51,145 nt of DNA from Gemmatimonadota bacterium (GCA_003697105.1 RFFQ01000186.1:1-51145), one strand, 5' to 3'. Positions 1 to 10,741 are shown, counted from the first letter of the stretch. Numbers and translations: made by a program. Notes: a model not told the origin generated them from the sequence alone.

Positions 1-329
1 CTTGAAAGCCCTAAAATTGCGACATATCCTCCGGCTTGCTGACCTATCCCAGATCCCCATATGACAAAAAAACCACCTATTGCAACGATAGTCCACCCAA
101 ATACAATAATAAACTTCCCAAACCCGAGAAGAGCTTGGTAACTATAATCGCTCTTTGGGGTTATAGGGTTCGATTTATATTTAAGTTGCTATGGGCGGAT
201 TACCAAGAGAAATACTACTGCAAATATAACAAAAAATGGCATTAATTGCAGGATCATCCCTATAAAATTTGGCGTCCCACCGTTGTAATCTGGCGGCGGT
301 GCGAATAGCATCAATTCTAAAATCTGCAT
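1..329 (-). pseudogene. YajC-N-terminus-like membrane protein gene with an in-frame TAG at 189-191; the frame stays open to the window edge
   Basis: AGGAGG RBS before ATG at 329. Translation ...MPFFVIFAVVFLLVIRP*Q resembles the YajC TM-IRPQ motif. 62 further stop-free, hydrophobic codons follow the TAG. Confidence 0.5.
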
Positions 330-553
330 AATAACCTCCTGTAATTTCGCGCATGAAGTGCGTTCTTCCAAGAAACTAGGGTTATATAAGCCCTAAAACA
401 TTTTATTACCAATAAGATACAGCGTTTTCATTTTTGTGACGAGGTGTCCTTTTTGACCGCTGGATAGACCTCACCGGGGCGATTTTCCTTCATTTTTGAA
501 AAACCACAGATGTTGAACAAGCCCGATCGCTTCGTACAAACAAATCTTCCAAG

Positions 554-627
554 CGGGGTCTGTGCCACCAATCTATAAACCTACCATCGCTCGGAACCAA
601 GCTAACTATCGGGGTCTATGCCACCAA
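554..627 (+). repeat. Two-copy 18-bp direct repeat CGGGGTCT(G/A)TGCCACCAA
   Basis: Copies at 554-571 and 610-627, one mismatch, 38-bp spacer; no third copy found. Confidence 0.7.
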
Positions 628-925
628 GATGCTGACGGTCTGGACGGCTTAACCACAACTCTATCTTCAAAAAGAACGATGAACGGTGAAAGAGGATTTC
701 GGATTCCAACACAAAACGATGGGACAGCTAACGGATGATACCGGTGCTGCCCGTGCCTTCGGGGCTGAATCAGACCATACATGACATGAAAGTAAAGGAA
801 AGCCGGAAGGATTGAATCGCGGACAGCGCGCTTCTCAAAAAAAAACAGAGATTTGCCCTCAGGGGATCGTCTGCCCTGAAAACAGGGGAAAAAGGGACAA
901 AAAGGCTCTTTTTTCAGTAAAAACC

Positions 926-2620
926 GGGATGGTTCATAAACCGCTAGAAATTAGTAGACACTTTTTTGTACCTTGAAAAAAGAATAGGCCGCTGTTCAAG
1001 CAGAAGCGGGGACGGCAAACAGGGCGTCAAATGCGCCGGCCAGAGAATGGGCCTCTTTGACCCCGGCTAACTGCAACGGGCTGGAACCGGCCCGCTTGCC
1101 TCGGGAAAAGACGTGATGGTTCCAGAACAACTGCAGCAGGGGGAGCAGCCAATCCGGCGTGCCGCGATGAATGGACAGGTAAGGACGCAGCCAACTATGC
1201 AATGATTCGGCCAGAGATGAACTGCGGTGGAAAAGAGCAAGAGCATCCCAGATGGCGGTTGCCGTTCTCTGCCACTGCGGGGGGATGGTTTCCAGTGACC
1301 GGATACCGTTTTGCCAGGCGGCCAGAATCCAGGCTAGCAAATCGGGGGGAAGATTTTGGCACCAGGGTGTCAGGGTTTCATGAAGCCAGCGCAGGGGGGC
1401 GAGCAGTTCATCGAGGTGATTCTGCAGGTACCGGACAAAATCAGCGATGCGTTCGCCGGGCAAGGTTTGGAGTAACTCAATGGCGACTTCCGAAGTTTGC
1501 CGTGCCTGATGCGGGTCTTGCAGGCGGTGAAATTTGGTAATCGGCTCCAGCGCCTGACGGACTTCGGCCAGCAACCAGGAGAAGTGCTCGTAGGTGGCAA
1601 TCGCCTGGGTCTCCTGCTCAATGGCTTCTTCTGCAGTCAAATCGACTTTCAGGGGACGGCCTCGCCGCCTGGTGGGTTGGCTGGCTTCTCGCTCGGCTCG
1701 AATAGCCTTTTCGGCCATGCCGATGGCTTTGTAGCCCGCCTTTTCCAGCCGACTTTCCAGTTTCTTGCCATCCCGCAGCAGGTGAAACAAGTCCGGGCGC
1801 AGGGGGACGGCCAGATCCGCTTCTTGCAGCCCCGCACGAATGCCGCGGGCGCCATCAGCCGCCACGTCTTGAAAGACCACGCCCCGGGCATCCAAATCCA
1901 GAAACGTCAATCCCCAATGGGTGGCATCTCGGCTCTCAGCAGCGGCCAGGTTGAGCGCCAGAAATGAGCGGCCATCCACCACCGTCAAGCAAGGCTGACG
2001 TCCGGCGAAGATTTCGTCCGCTTCGCCCAACACCGGCAGCGGCACGCGCACCCCCTCATTGTGTGCTTTCGCCGCTTCACCGGCTGCCTGCAGGGTTTGG
2101 CTGATATAGCCGACCGACCGGTGGACACCGAACAGCAATTCCAGGCCAATCTGAATATTGCGCACCGACCCGGTCAGCACAGGCATCACCGCAATCGCTT
2201 TGCGCACTGTATCCCGGTCAACCCGCAGAAATTTCTCTTCCGCTGGCCGTCCAACCGCTTTCGGCTTCAAGGCTTCTTCCAGCGCTGCTTGCACTCGATC
2301 CTTGAAACGGTACAGCAGGGCGCGGGAGATGCCATATTTATCTGCTAATTCACTCGCCCGGCCCCAGCCTCGTACTTCGGCTGGCAATAACATCTCTATC
2401 CCAATCGCAATCCGGGTTGACAAATCCAGGTCTTTTCTACGATACTCTGACATGGGGAGCCTCCTTTTGGTTCGACACGTTTTCTCAACCCCTATTTTGC
2501 CAGATAAGGGGGCTCCCTGCAACCTATTCTTTTGGTAACGTTCTGTTGACGAGGCATTCTATATGGCCGCTGCCCGTTCTGTTTGGACACCAATGTGTCT
2601 ACTTATTTGTGAACCATCCC
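926..2620 (-). mobile_element. Complete insertion sequence (~1.7 kb), Mutator/IS256-superfamily-like
   Basis: Terminal IR GGGATGGTTCA(T/C)AAA at 926-940 and 2606-2620. 8-bp target duplication TAAAAACC at 918-925 and 2621-2628. Single transposase ORF; visibly GC-richer than flanks. Confidence 0.9.
996..2453 (-). CDS. DDE transposase (485 aa)
   Basis: AGGAGG before ATG at 2453. N-terminal HTH (ELADKYGISRALLY). Candidate catalytic motifs EADEIF, VAADGARG, PDLFH (D-x2-H) and SSLAES. Lies inside the IRs. Confidence 0.85.
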   Translation of the reverse strand: MSEYRRKDLDLSTRIAIGIEMLLPAEVRGWGRASELADKYGISRALLYRFKDRVQAALEEALKPKAVGRPAEEKFLRVDRDTVRKAIAVMPVLTGSVRNIQIGLELLFGVHRSVGYISQTLQAAGEAAKAHNEGVRVPLPVLGEADEIFAGRQPCLTVVDGRSFLALNLAAAESRDATHWGLTFLDLDARGVVFQDVAADGARGIRAGLQEADLAVPLRPDLFHLLRDGKKLESRLEKAGYKAIGMAEKAIRAEREASQPTRRRGRPLKVDLTAEEAIEQETQAIATYEHFSWLLAEVRQALEPITKFHRLQDPHQARQTSEVAIELLQTLPGERIADFVRYLQNHLDELLAPLRWLHETLTPWCQNLPPDLLAWILAAWQNGIRSLETIPPQWQRTATAIWDALALFHRSSSLAESLHSWLRPYLSIHRGTPDWLLPLLQLFWNHHVFSRGKRAGSSPLQLAGVKEAHSLAGAFDALFAVPASA

Positions 2621-2887
2621 TAAAAACCGGCTCTTTTTCATAAAAAAATGAAGAAACAGATCAAAGAACTCTTATTTTTTTATTGACAAGCGGGAAGTGT
2701 ATATACATCATTCGCAAGAATAAAACAAGGTACAATTTGACAGAACACGTGTTGTTGCTCACCGTGAAATCGCTATCCGGTGCTTCCGATTCACCGGTTG
2801 AGCAACTTCGATGTCGCTTGTTTTTAACTAGCGAAAATTTGAAAAGTTGTTTATCTTGAACTCGCTAGATTAATAAAGAGGCAGATT

Positions 2888-4354
2888 ATGGAAGCGAAAA
2901 TCAAGCGATTGGAGCACCAGCTACAAGATGCTGTTCCCGCGGATCAGGTGAATATTTTGCGCCAATTGGTAGAGGCGTACCGCGAGCGAGAATCCAACTT
3001 AACCGCCACCTATCAAGCCCAAATTGACCATCTAAAAAATGTTGAGCTGGCGGCGGTCAAAGCGTTTGCCCAGTTTAATGAAAAACAACTGCGTGACCTT
3101 ATCGAACACACGATTGATGGTATTATTATCCTCGACGAGCAAACCCGTATTATTTTTATCAATCCGGCGGGTGAACGCTTACTCAATCGTGCCGCAAAAA
3201 CATTGCTCAACCGGCCGTTTGAGTTTCCACTCGTGATTGGGGATCAAATGATGGAAATTACCATTGACCGTGGAGATGATGCCCCGACATTCGCCGAACT
3301 ACGGATGGCAACGATTACTTGGCAAGGCAAACCCGCCTTTCTTGCCTCGTTGCGGGATATTACCGACCGGAAACGGGTTGAGGCAGAACTGCGGGAAAAA
3401 AACCGTATCATCACCGAACAAAAGGAAGAGATCGAAATTCAAAACCGCTATCTTACTCGGGCTTTGCAAGAACTGGAGGATATTCAGGTCGAACTGGTGC
3501 GGAAAAACAGCCTCATTTTTGACCAAAAAGAGGTACTCGCCCACCAAAATGAGCAACTTCGGCAGACCCTTTCGGAATTGGAACGGACACGCCAGCAATT
3601 GGTCGATTCTGAGAAAATTGCCTCGCTAAGTGTGTTGGTGGCGGGTGTTGCCCATGAGGTCAATACACCCGTGGGGATTGGTGTTACCGCCGCCTCCACC
3701 TTGGTGGAATTGACCCGCTCCTTTGTCGAACGCTATAATGCGGATCAGATTAATAGCTCGGACTTGGAATCCTATGTGCAGGAGGTCTATCGTGCTGGAC
3801 AGCTTATTCTGACCAATCTCCAGCGTGCCGCGGCGCTGGTGCAAAACTTCAAACAGATTTCAGTGGATCATGTTACCGAAGAACGTCGCCATTTCGCCTT
3901 AAAACCGTATTTGGAAACGGTTATCGCCAGCCTGAAACCTAAATTTAAGCATAAAGCGATCACTATTGAAATTGATTGTCCGCCGGAGATTGAACTGGAA
4001 AGTTATCCCGGCATTTTCGCCCAGATTTTGACTAATTTACTTATTAACTCGCTCATTCATGGTTTTGAAGACCGCCAGCAGGGGTATATCCGAATTGGGG
4101 CAACACAACAAGATGACCAGTTGGTACTAACCTATCAAGATGACGGGCAGGGTATCCCCCCGGACATTCGACCCAACGTGTTTGATCCCTTTTTCACCAC
4201 CAATAAAACCGTCGGTACCGGTTTAGGATTGTATCTCATCCATAATTTGGTGGTGCAACAGTTGAAAGGTACCATTTCTTTGGAAAGCCCGCCGGAGGGC
4301 GGTGTACTTGTGACCCTCAATTTACCCCTCAATCCGGAGGAAGACGCCGCATGA
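2888..4354 (+). CDS. Cytoplasmic PAS-domain sensor histidine kinase
   Basis: PAS (DGIIILD...[10 protein letters not shown]...RDITDRK), H-box [10 protein letters not shown]-box [11 protein letters not shown]1 DDGQG, F-box FDPFFTT, G2 GTGLGL; no TM segment. Confidence 0.9.
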   Translation: MEAKIKRLEHQLQDAVPADQVNILRQLVEAYRERESNLTATYQAQIDHLKNVELAAVKAFAQFNEKQLRDLIEHTIDGIIILDEQTRIIFINPAGERLLNRAAKTLLNRPFEFPLVIGDQMMEITIDRGDDAPTFAELRMATITWQGKPAFLASLRDITDRKRVEAELREKNRIITEQKEEIEIQNRYLTRALQELEDIQVELVRKNSLIFDQKEVLAHQNEQLRQTLSELERTRQQLVDSEKIASLSVLVAGVAHEVNTPVGIGVTAASTLVELTRSFVERYNADQINSSDLESYVQEVYRAGQLILTNLQRAAALVQNFKQISVDHVTEERRHFALKPYLETVIASLKPKFKHKAITIEIDCPPEIELESYPGIFAQILTNLLINSLIHGFEDRQQGYIRIGATQQDDQLVLTYQDDGQGIPPDIRPNVFDPFFTTNKTVGTGLGLYLIHNLVVQQLKGTISLESPPEGGVLVTLNLPLNPEEDAA

Positions 4355-6372
4355 GCCAAACGGATGAAAATTCCCTAAATGTGCCTCCGCAAAACAAGCG
4401 CCTGACCAAAACACGGAAAATTACGTTAGATGATGCCTTACCCTCCTCTGAGAAGACACCGGAAAAGGAGTGTAAAACTGGCTGGAAAGTGCTGATCGTC
4501 GATGATGAAAAAGACGTACATGAAGTGACACGTTTGGCGCTCAATTCCTTTGTCTATCACGAAAAACCCATCACCTTTTTGGATGCCTATTCGGCTCAAG
4601 AAGCCAAAGGTTTGATCCGGCAACATCCCGATACCGCGATCATTTTACTGGATGTGGTGATGGAGACCCCCCATGCCGGTTTGGATTTTGTAAAATTTGT
4701 GCGGCAGGATTTGCAAAATACCGTTTCACGCATCATTCTGCGCACCGGACAGCCGGGTCAAGCTCCCGAAAAAGAGGTCATCCAGCAGTATGAAATTGAT
4801 GACTATAAAACCAAAACGGAATTAACCCTTGATAAGCTCTTCACCGCCACTACCGCCAGCCTGCGCACCTATGATGCGATGCTTTCGTTGGAAACTCACC
4901 GGCAAAAGCTGGAACAAGAGGTGAAAGCCCGGACTCGTGAACTGGAGTCCCAAAACCAAAAGCTCTCCGAGACCCTCAAAGCGCTGGAAATTGCCAAAGC
5001 GGCGGCAGAAGCGGCAAATCAAGCAAAAAGTGAATTTTTGGCAAACATGAGCCACGAACTCCGTACCCCGCTGCACGGGATTTTAGGATACGCCCAAATT
5101 CTGCGCCGAGACCGCACCCTTGGCGAGCGACAACGGCACAATGTGGCGGTTATTGAGCAGAGTGGGGAGCATCTCTTGGCACTCATTAACGATATTTTGG
5201 ATCATTCCAAAATCGAGGCGGATAAATTTGACTTGGAACCCTCGGAGTTTCATTTGGGAGAAATGTTAAAAAGCGTGGCGGAGATCATCCGCATTCGAGC
5301 CGAAGAAAAAGGATTGGTGTTTACCTTTCGGGATTCCCCAGAAGCACATCAAATTGTGTACACCGATGAGAAACGACTCCGGCAGATTTTGCTCAACCTG
5401 TTGAGTAATGCCGTCAAATTTACGACCACCGGTGAAGTCCGGTTGATCGTACAGCCGGAGCCAAATGGCAATCGAATGCGGTTTCAGGTGGAAGATACCG
5501 GTATCGGCATCCCGCCGGATCAGCTTAATGTGATTTTCCAGCCCTTTCAACAGGTCAAAAATCCACAATTACCCCGTCCGGATGGCACGGGGTTAGGGCT
5601 TTCCATCAGTTATCGCTTGGTGGAAAAAATGCAGAGCCAATTGGCCGTGAAAAGTACACCCGGTGTCGGCACAACCTTTTGGTTTGACCTCCCATTGGTA
5701 CACGTTTCTGTTCCCATCCGCCCACCCGCCACCGATGGCGTTACCGTGACCGGCTATGAAGGTCACCGTAAAACCATTTTAATTGCCGATGATAAGGAAC
5801 AAAATCGAGCCGTGTTCAAGGAGTTCTTACTCAACCTTGGGTTTGAGGTGTTGGAAGCCGCCAACGGGCGAGAAGCGATACAACGTGCCCTTGCCCATAC
5901 ACCCGACCTTATTTTAATTGATTATGTCATGCCGGAACTAAATGGGATCGAAGCAACCCGCCAACTGCGCCAACACGAATCCTTAAAAGAGACGGTCGTG
6001 ATTATGATGTCTGCTAGTGTGTTTGATGACAACCGTGAGGAGAGTCTTCACGCCGGTTGTAATGATTTTATTAGTAAACCCGTCCGCTTTGAACATCTGC
6101 TCAATCTCATCCGAAAATATTTGCATCTCGAGTGGAAATATGACAATGTCAGTACCTCACAAGAGATAGAACTCATTTATCCACCTTATGAATATCTGAA
6201 AAAAATATACGATCTGGCAAGTATGGGAAATCCCGCCCGAATTATCTCCTTACTGGATAGTATTGAGCAGTTAGATGATGCGTACCATCCATTTACCCAA
6301 TATGTTCGCCATTTAGCGCGTTCCTTCCAGATGAACCACATCTGTGAGTTGATTGCTCCTCACCTCAATTGA
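4351..6372 (+). CDS. Hybrid histidine kinase REC-HisKA-HATPase-REC
   Basis: REC1 [48 protein letters not shown]2 LIADD/LIDYVMP/FISKP. ATGA overlap with the upstream kinase. Confidence 0.92.
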   Translation: MSQTDENSLNVPPQNKRLTKTRKITLDDALPSSEKTPEKECKTGWKVLIVDDEKDVHEVTRLALNSFVYHEKPITFLDAYSAQEAKGLIRQHPDTAIILLDVVMETPHAGLDFVKFVRQDLQNTVSRIILRTGQPGQAPEKEVIQQYEIDDYKTKTELTLDKLFTATTASLRTYDAMLSLETHRQKLEQEVKARTRELESQNQKLSETLKALEIAKAAAEAANQAKSEFLANMSHELRTPLHGILGYAQILRRDRTLGERQRHNVAVIEQSGEHLLALINDILDHSKIEADKFDLEPSEFHLGEMLKSVAEIIRIRAEEKGLVFTFRDSPEAHQIVYTDEKRLRQILLNLLSNAVKFTTTGEVRLIVQPEPNGNRMRFQVEDTGIGIPPDQLNVIFQPFQQVKNPQLPRPDGTGLGLSISYRLVEKMQSQLAVKSTPGVGTTFWFDLPLVHVSVPIRPPATDGVTVTGYEGHRKTILIADDKEQNRAVFKEFLLNLGFEVLEAANGREAIQRALAHTPDLILIDYVMPELNGIEATRQLRQHESLKETVVIMMSASVFDDNREESLHAGCNDFISKPVRFEHLLNLIRKYLHLEWKYDNVSTSQEIELIYPPYEYLKKIYDLASMGNPARIISLLDSIEQLDDAYHPFTQYVRHLARSFQMNHICELIAPHLN

Positions 6373-6398
6373 ATGACACCTCTTTGATTTTAAACCCC

Positions 6399-6426
6399 TT
6401 GACTTTCCGGAATTATTGTATAAAAT
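6399..6426 (+). promoter_or_regulatory. Putative sigma70 promoter
   Basis: TTGACT-16 bp-TAAAAT upstream of the 6548 ORF. Confidence 0.5.
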
Positions 6427-6547
6427 GAGGGATCATCTGGTGTTGTGCCGCCAGACCATATACCTCATTTTTTGGATGGACAAGATACCATTTATGACTA
6501 AATCCATCCTATTTTCAGCTTCGGGAGTATTCACCGTTACCTAGAGG

Positions 6548-7678
6548 ATGCGCATGTCTTCCACGATATATCATGCCGTCGTGCTTATCGTTGATGACAA
6601 CCCGACCAATTTGGGGGTATTGTATGATTATCTAGTTGAATTAGGGTTTGATGTCTATGTGGCTATGAGTGGTGAAAAAGCACTCGAACAAGCGAAACGC
6701 ATCCAACCCGATATTATTTTGCTCGATGTTCTGATGCCCGGAATTGATGGCTTTGAAACGTGCCGTCTATTGAAAGAAGACCCCGCTTTCACGGAGGTTC
6801 CGGTCATTTTTATGACCGCACTTTCCGATACTGTCGATAAAATGCGCGGATTTGAGGTGGGCGCCGTTGATTATGTCACCAAGCCCTTTCACCATGAAGA
6901 GGTTTTGGCGCGGGTAAATGCTCACTTGACAATTCAATTGCAAAAACGGAAAATTCGTGAACTGAGTGAAAAGCGGTTGCGTGACTTACGGTTCAACATT
7001 GCATATTCCTTACCGCATGAACTCCGGACGCCACTCACCGTCATTTCCGGTTATGCCGAATTGCTGGCGCGCGGAATGGGTATTCATGACGCGAATCATG
7101 TGCAGAGCATTGGGGCCAAAATCGACTCTGCCGCCCAACGCCTACGTCGCCTGATCGAAAATTACCGGTTTTACGCCGAACTGGAATTGATGGCAACCCA
7201 ACAGGATGAAAATGCACGCCACCGGTTAGAAACCATTAGCTACCCCGCCAGTCTGATCGGTACGGTAGCCGCGGCGAAAGCAGAAGAATACCAACGAGCG
7301 GCTGACTTGCAAGTGATTTCGGAAGATGAGGTACTGCAAATTTCTCCAGAGCACCTGACCAAAATCTTGGAAGAACTGATCGATAATGCCTTTCATTTTT
7401 CGGTGGCAGGCACGCCGGTGGTGATCACCACCGATAGTAGTAGCGATGAGCACTTCTTCGGGATTTCCATCACCAATCATGGTATCGGGATGTACCCCGA
7501 GCAGATTGAAAATATTGCGGCATTCATGCAATTTGACCGGCAAATGCACGAACAACAAGGCTCCGGGTTGGGGTTAGTCATTGCTAAAAGTTTGGTGGAA
7601 TTTCACCAAGGCATGTTTACCATTGAGAGTACGCCGGGGGAACAGATTACCGTTACCGTAAAATTGCGCCGCAAATAA
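6548..7678 (+). CDS. Response regulator receiver-histidine kinase hybrid (REC-HisKA-HATPase)
   Basis: VLIVDD, LLDVLMP, DYVTKPF, LPHELRTP, ELIDNAF, GSGLGL. Confidence 0.9.
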   Translation: MRMSSTIYHAVVLIVDDNPTNLGVLYDYLVELGFDVYVAMSGEKALEQAKRIQPDIILLDVLMPGIDGFETCRLLKEDPAFTEVPVIFMTALSDTVDKMRGFEVGAVDYVTKPFHHEEVLARVNAHLTIQLQKRKIRELSEKRLRDLRFNIAYSLPHELRTPLTVISGYAELLARGMGIHDANHVQSIGAKIDSAAQRLRRLIENYRFYAELELMATQQDENARHRLETISYPASLIGTVAAAKAEEYQRAADLQVISEDEVLQISPEHLTKILEELIDNAFHFSVAGTPVVITTDSSSDEHFFGISITNHGIGMYPEQIENIAAFMQFDRQMHEQQGSGLGLVIAKSLVEFHQGMFTIESTPGEQITVTVKLRRK

Positions 7679-7755
7679 CCATTGACCGCCGCACCTCCTT
7701 GCTATATTCTAAGCGACCCATATCGTTTTTGTCTCACTTTGTACAGGATGTTAGA

Positions 7756-8748
7756 ATGAATCGAACCACTGCGCAGCGTATTTTAGCTGAATTCAAACAG
7801 AAAAAGGTTATTGTCATCGGAGATGTGATGATCGATGAGTATATTTGGGGCGATGTTCACCGCATTTCGCCAGAAGCGCCCGTACCGGTGATCGAGATGC
7901 AAGGTACGACCGTACGGCTCGGCGGGGCGGCAAATGTTGCCCATAATATCGCGGCGTTGGGCGCCACGCCTATTTTGATCGGCATTATCGGTGATGATGA
8001 TGGTGCCCGCATGTTGATCGATTGTGTCACGGAAAATCAGATGAGTGCCGCTTATCTCATCTCGGATGCTTCCCGTCCCACGACCCGAAAAACCCGCGTG
8101 ATTGCCCACCAACAGCAAGTGGTACGCATCGACCGGGAAAGTACGAACCCTATTTCCGAAACAGTCCGGCAGGATGTTTTGGCACAATTTGAAGCACAAA
8201 TTCAAGATGCCGATGCCGTGTTGATTCAGGACTACAACAAAGGCTTACTCACCCCCGATTTGATCGCATCCATTATCCAGAAAGCACGGGACGCTGGGTG
8301 TTTTATCTCCGTTGACCCCAAATTTGAGAATTTTTTCGCTTATAAAGGGGTGAATCTTTTCAAACCGAATCTACGGGAAGCGGAAACCATGCTCGGTATG
8401 AAAATCCGTGAAAATCAGGATGTCAACCAGATGGGGCGGCGGTTGCTGGAGCAGTTGGAGTGCGATATGGTACTCTTAACTCAAGGTCCCAATGGAATGA
8501 CCCTTTTTGAGGGGGAAAATTTCATTACTTATATCCCCACTGTCGCGCGGGAAGTCTTTGATGTCTCTGGGGCGGGTGATACGGTCATTGCCACCACAAC
8601 GCTGGGGTTGACCACCCACGCTACCCCCGTGGAAGCGGCGGTTCTCGCCACCCATGCGGCAGGGATTGTCATTGGCAAAGTGGGTATTGCGCCGATCCAG
8701 TGGGAAGAGTTGCAACAAACCTTTAGCGAGGACGACAATGGTGATTGA
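7756..8748 (+). CDS. rfaE1: D-glycero-beta-D-manno-heptose-7-phosphate kinase (RfaE domain I)
   Basis: [34 protein letters not shown] PfkB motifs. Confidence 0.92.
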   Translation: MNRTTAQRILAEFKQKKVIVIGDVMIDEYIWGDVHRISPEAPVPVIEMQGTTVRLGGAANVAHNIAALGATPILIGIIGDDDGARMLIDCVTENQMSAAYLISDASRPTTRKTRVIAHQQQVVRIDRESTNPISETVRQDVLAQFEAQIQDADAVLIQDYNKGLLTPDLIASIIQKARDAGCFISVDPKFENFFAYKGVNLFKPNLREAETMLGMKIRENQDVNQMGRRLLEQLECDMVLLTQGPNGMTLFEGENFITYIPTVAREVFDVSGAGDTVIATTTLGLTTHATPVEAAVLATHAAGIVIGKVGIAPIQWEELQQTFSEDDNGD

Positions 8749-10741
8749 TTTGCCTGCACTGCTAAATATCCGGCAAGAACTCGCTACCGCCGGTAAAACG
8801 GTCGTGTTTACCAATGGATGTTTTGATATTTTGCACCGGGGGCATGTGGACTATTTACAAGCCGCTAAAGCCCTGGGTGATGTGCTAATCGTGGGCGTCA
8901 ACAGTGATGCCTCTGTCCGGCGTCTCAAAGGTGAATATCGTCCCATCGTCCCGCAAGCGGACCGGGCTTTCATTTTGGCGGCACTTAAACCGGTTGATTA
9001 CGTGATCCTTTTTGAGGAAGATACCCCAGCAGAGTTGATCCGGAATATCGTACCGGATGTTTTGGTCAAGGGTGGTGATTATCCCATTGATCAGATCGTT
9101 GGGCGAGAGATTGTTTGGCAACACGGTGGGGAAGTAAAAACAATCCCACTCACGGCGGGTCGTGCCACAACCAATATCATTGAAAAAATTCGCCATATCT
9201 ACCATTCAACAGAGGGAGGTCGCATGTCTTATTTCGCCACTATCGAGAGTCTCGTTAAACAGGGCACCATTGAATCCGTGCTAAAACGTGGCTCGACTAA
9301 CAAAGAGGCTATCAAAGCCTTGCAGCAACTGCTTTTCCAACTTGGGTTTGGAAATGAATTGAACTGGGATAAATATGGTGCTGATGGTGATTACGGTGGC
9401 AGTTCCACGGCGGCGGTCAAAGCGTTTGCCGCTAAAAATGGAATTTCTGCTTCTGGTGAAGTGGTAACCACCACCATTGGACAAAAACTTTTGGATCGAT
9501 ATGCCATTTTAGATGACCTGCGCCACCTGAAAAGTGCGATTGACAAAGGCAAAGTGGAAGCCTTTCTGTATCGCGGTTCACCCCACAAAGAGGCGGTCGT
9601 TGCGTTGCAGACGTTGCTGAATGAGTTGGGTTATGGTGAGGAACTTAACTGGGATAAATACGGTGCTGATGGCAGTTATGGTGGCAGTTCCACGGCGGCG
9701 GTCAAGGCGTTTGCCGCTAAAGAAGGTTTTAGCAGTGATGGTACGAAGGTCACGGCGGCAATGGCACAGCGTATTGTCGATAAGCTTAGCACCTATTATG
9801 GCGATGGTTGGGAGGGTAGTGAGGTGGCGGTTCGTAGCGGTTCCGGTGACCTGACCATCAAGGAATATACCCGGCGGGGTCGCCAGCGCGTCTGTATCTC
9901 TGATGGTTCGGTGGAAAAAGAGTTTGTTAAATTTAAAAAGGGTGTTTACACCTATGGTAATCAAAAGGCGATTGATGTGGTCAATGCCAATCGGTCGCAA
10001 TTGACCCAACTGGGGCTAACGGATTCTGCCCTCAATGTGATGGTGGCTGTTTCGGAAAATGAAGGTAATCTCGATGCAATTAACACTTGGGATAACTCGT
10101 TCATGACGTTTGGTATGTTTCAATGGACGGTTGGCGCCCGAAATGACCCGGGTGAGCTGCCGGCACTTGTCAAAAAGATAAAAGATAAAGATGCGGCAGT
10201 TTTTCAAACCTATTTTGGCCAACATGGCTTGGATGTCGTCAACACGGATGCCATTTCTGGCTATTTTACCTTGAACGGTCACAAAATTGGCTCCGCGAGT
10301 GAAAAAGAGCGTTTTCGCACCTATGAATGGGCGTTTTACTTTTGGAAGTCCGGGCAAGACCCGCTGGTGCAAATGATCGAAATTCAACATGCCATGTCCC
10401 GGATTGATACCTTTTACCGTGCCCCTGCTTATAAAGTAAAAGGGTATTTTATCGCCGATTTGGTCACCTCCGAATATGGTGTTGGGTTGCTTCTGGATAA
10501 TCACGTCAACCGTCCCGGCTATGTGAAAGGGTGTCTGGAAGAGGCTCTGAAGCAAACCGGTTTGAGTAATCCGGCGGGATGGGGTACTGCCGAAGAGCGG
10601 CAGTTGATTGAAGCCTATCTTAAGATTCGCGAAACCTACGGACGTTATCCCATGACGCACGCCAGTAAACGGGCGGCGGTTACGAAAAAATATCTGGATA
10701 ACGGCACGATTTCAGATGAACGACATTCCTTTCAGTGGTAA
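8738..10741 (+). CDS. rfaE2: RfaE2 heptose-1-phosphate adenylyltransferase fused in frame to two peptidoglycan-binding repeats and a lysozyme-like domain; internal RBS and ATG at 9224
   Basis: [30 protein letters not shown] in the first ~160 aa. No stop before GGAGGTCGC-ATG at 9224. Then two LQxLLxxLG...DGxYGxxSxAAVKAF repeats and an [13 protein letters not shown]...FGMFQWT domain. Confidence 0.8.
   Translation: MVIDLPALLNIRQELATAGKTVVFTNGCFDILHRGHVDYLQAAKALGDVLIVGVNSDASVRRLKGEYRPIVPQADRAFILAALKPVDYVILFEEDTPAELIRNIVPDVLVKGGDYPIDQIVGREIVWQHGGEVKTIPLTAGRATTNIIEKIRHIYHSTEGGRMSYFATIESLVKQGTIESVLKRGSTNKEAIKALQQLLFQLGFGNELNWDKYGADGDYGGSSTAAVKAFAAKNGISASGEVVTTTIGQKLLDRYAILDDLRHLKSAIDKGKVEAFLYRGSPHKEAVVALQTLLNELGYGEELNWDKYGADGSYGGSSTAAVKAFAAKEGFSSDGTKVTAAMAQRIVDKLSTYYGDGWEGSEVAVRSGSGDLTIKEYTRRGRQRVCISDGSVEKEFVKFKKGVYTYGNQKAIDVVNANRSQLTQLGLTDSALNVMVAVSENEGNLDAINTWDNSFMTFGMFQWTVGARNDPGELPALVKKIKDKDAAVFQTYFGQHGLDVVNTDAISGYFTLNGHKIGSASEKERFRTYEWAFYFWKSGQDPLVQMIEIQHAMSRIDTFYRAPAYKVKGYFIADLVTSEYGVGLLLDNHVNRPGYVKGCLEEALKQTGLSNPAGWGTAEERQLIEAYLKIRETYGRYPMTHASKRAAVTKKYLDNGTISDERHSFQW
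9362..9721 (+). repeat. Intragenic ~75-bp direct repeat encoding the duplicated PG-binding modules
   Basis: 9362-9436 vs 9647-9721, offset 285 bp (95 codons), encoding [25 protein letters not shown]. Confidence 0.85.

Noticed and set aside
189-191. Genome-wide TAG reassignment
   Set aside because: TAG ends well-defined genes in this window (hpt, epimerase, 32677-33657), and other long genes have no internal TAG.
554-627. Mini-CRISPR array (18-bp repeat, 38-bp spacer)
   Set aside because: Only two copies, repeat too short, no third unit at the expected spacing and no cas operon in the window.
978-2533. AAAAGAATAGG inverted repeat as the IS ends
   Set aside because: No flanking duplication. 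The outer IR at 926/2620 has a perfect 8-bp duplication, so this is a subterminal block.
7699-8737. Upstream starts in the ORF track (7699, 8654; also 2522, 27088, 38696, 45977)
   Set aside because: Downstream starts fit the RBS, gene overlaps and family N-termini better.
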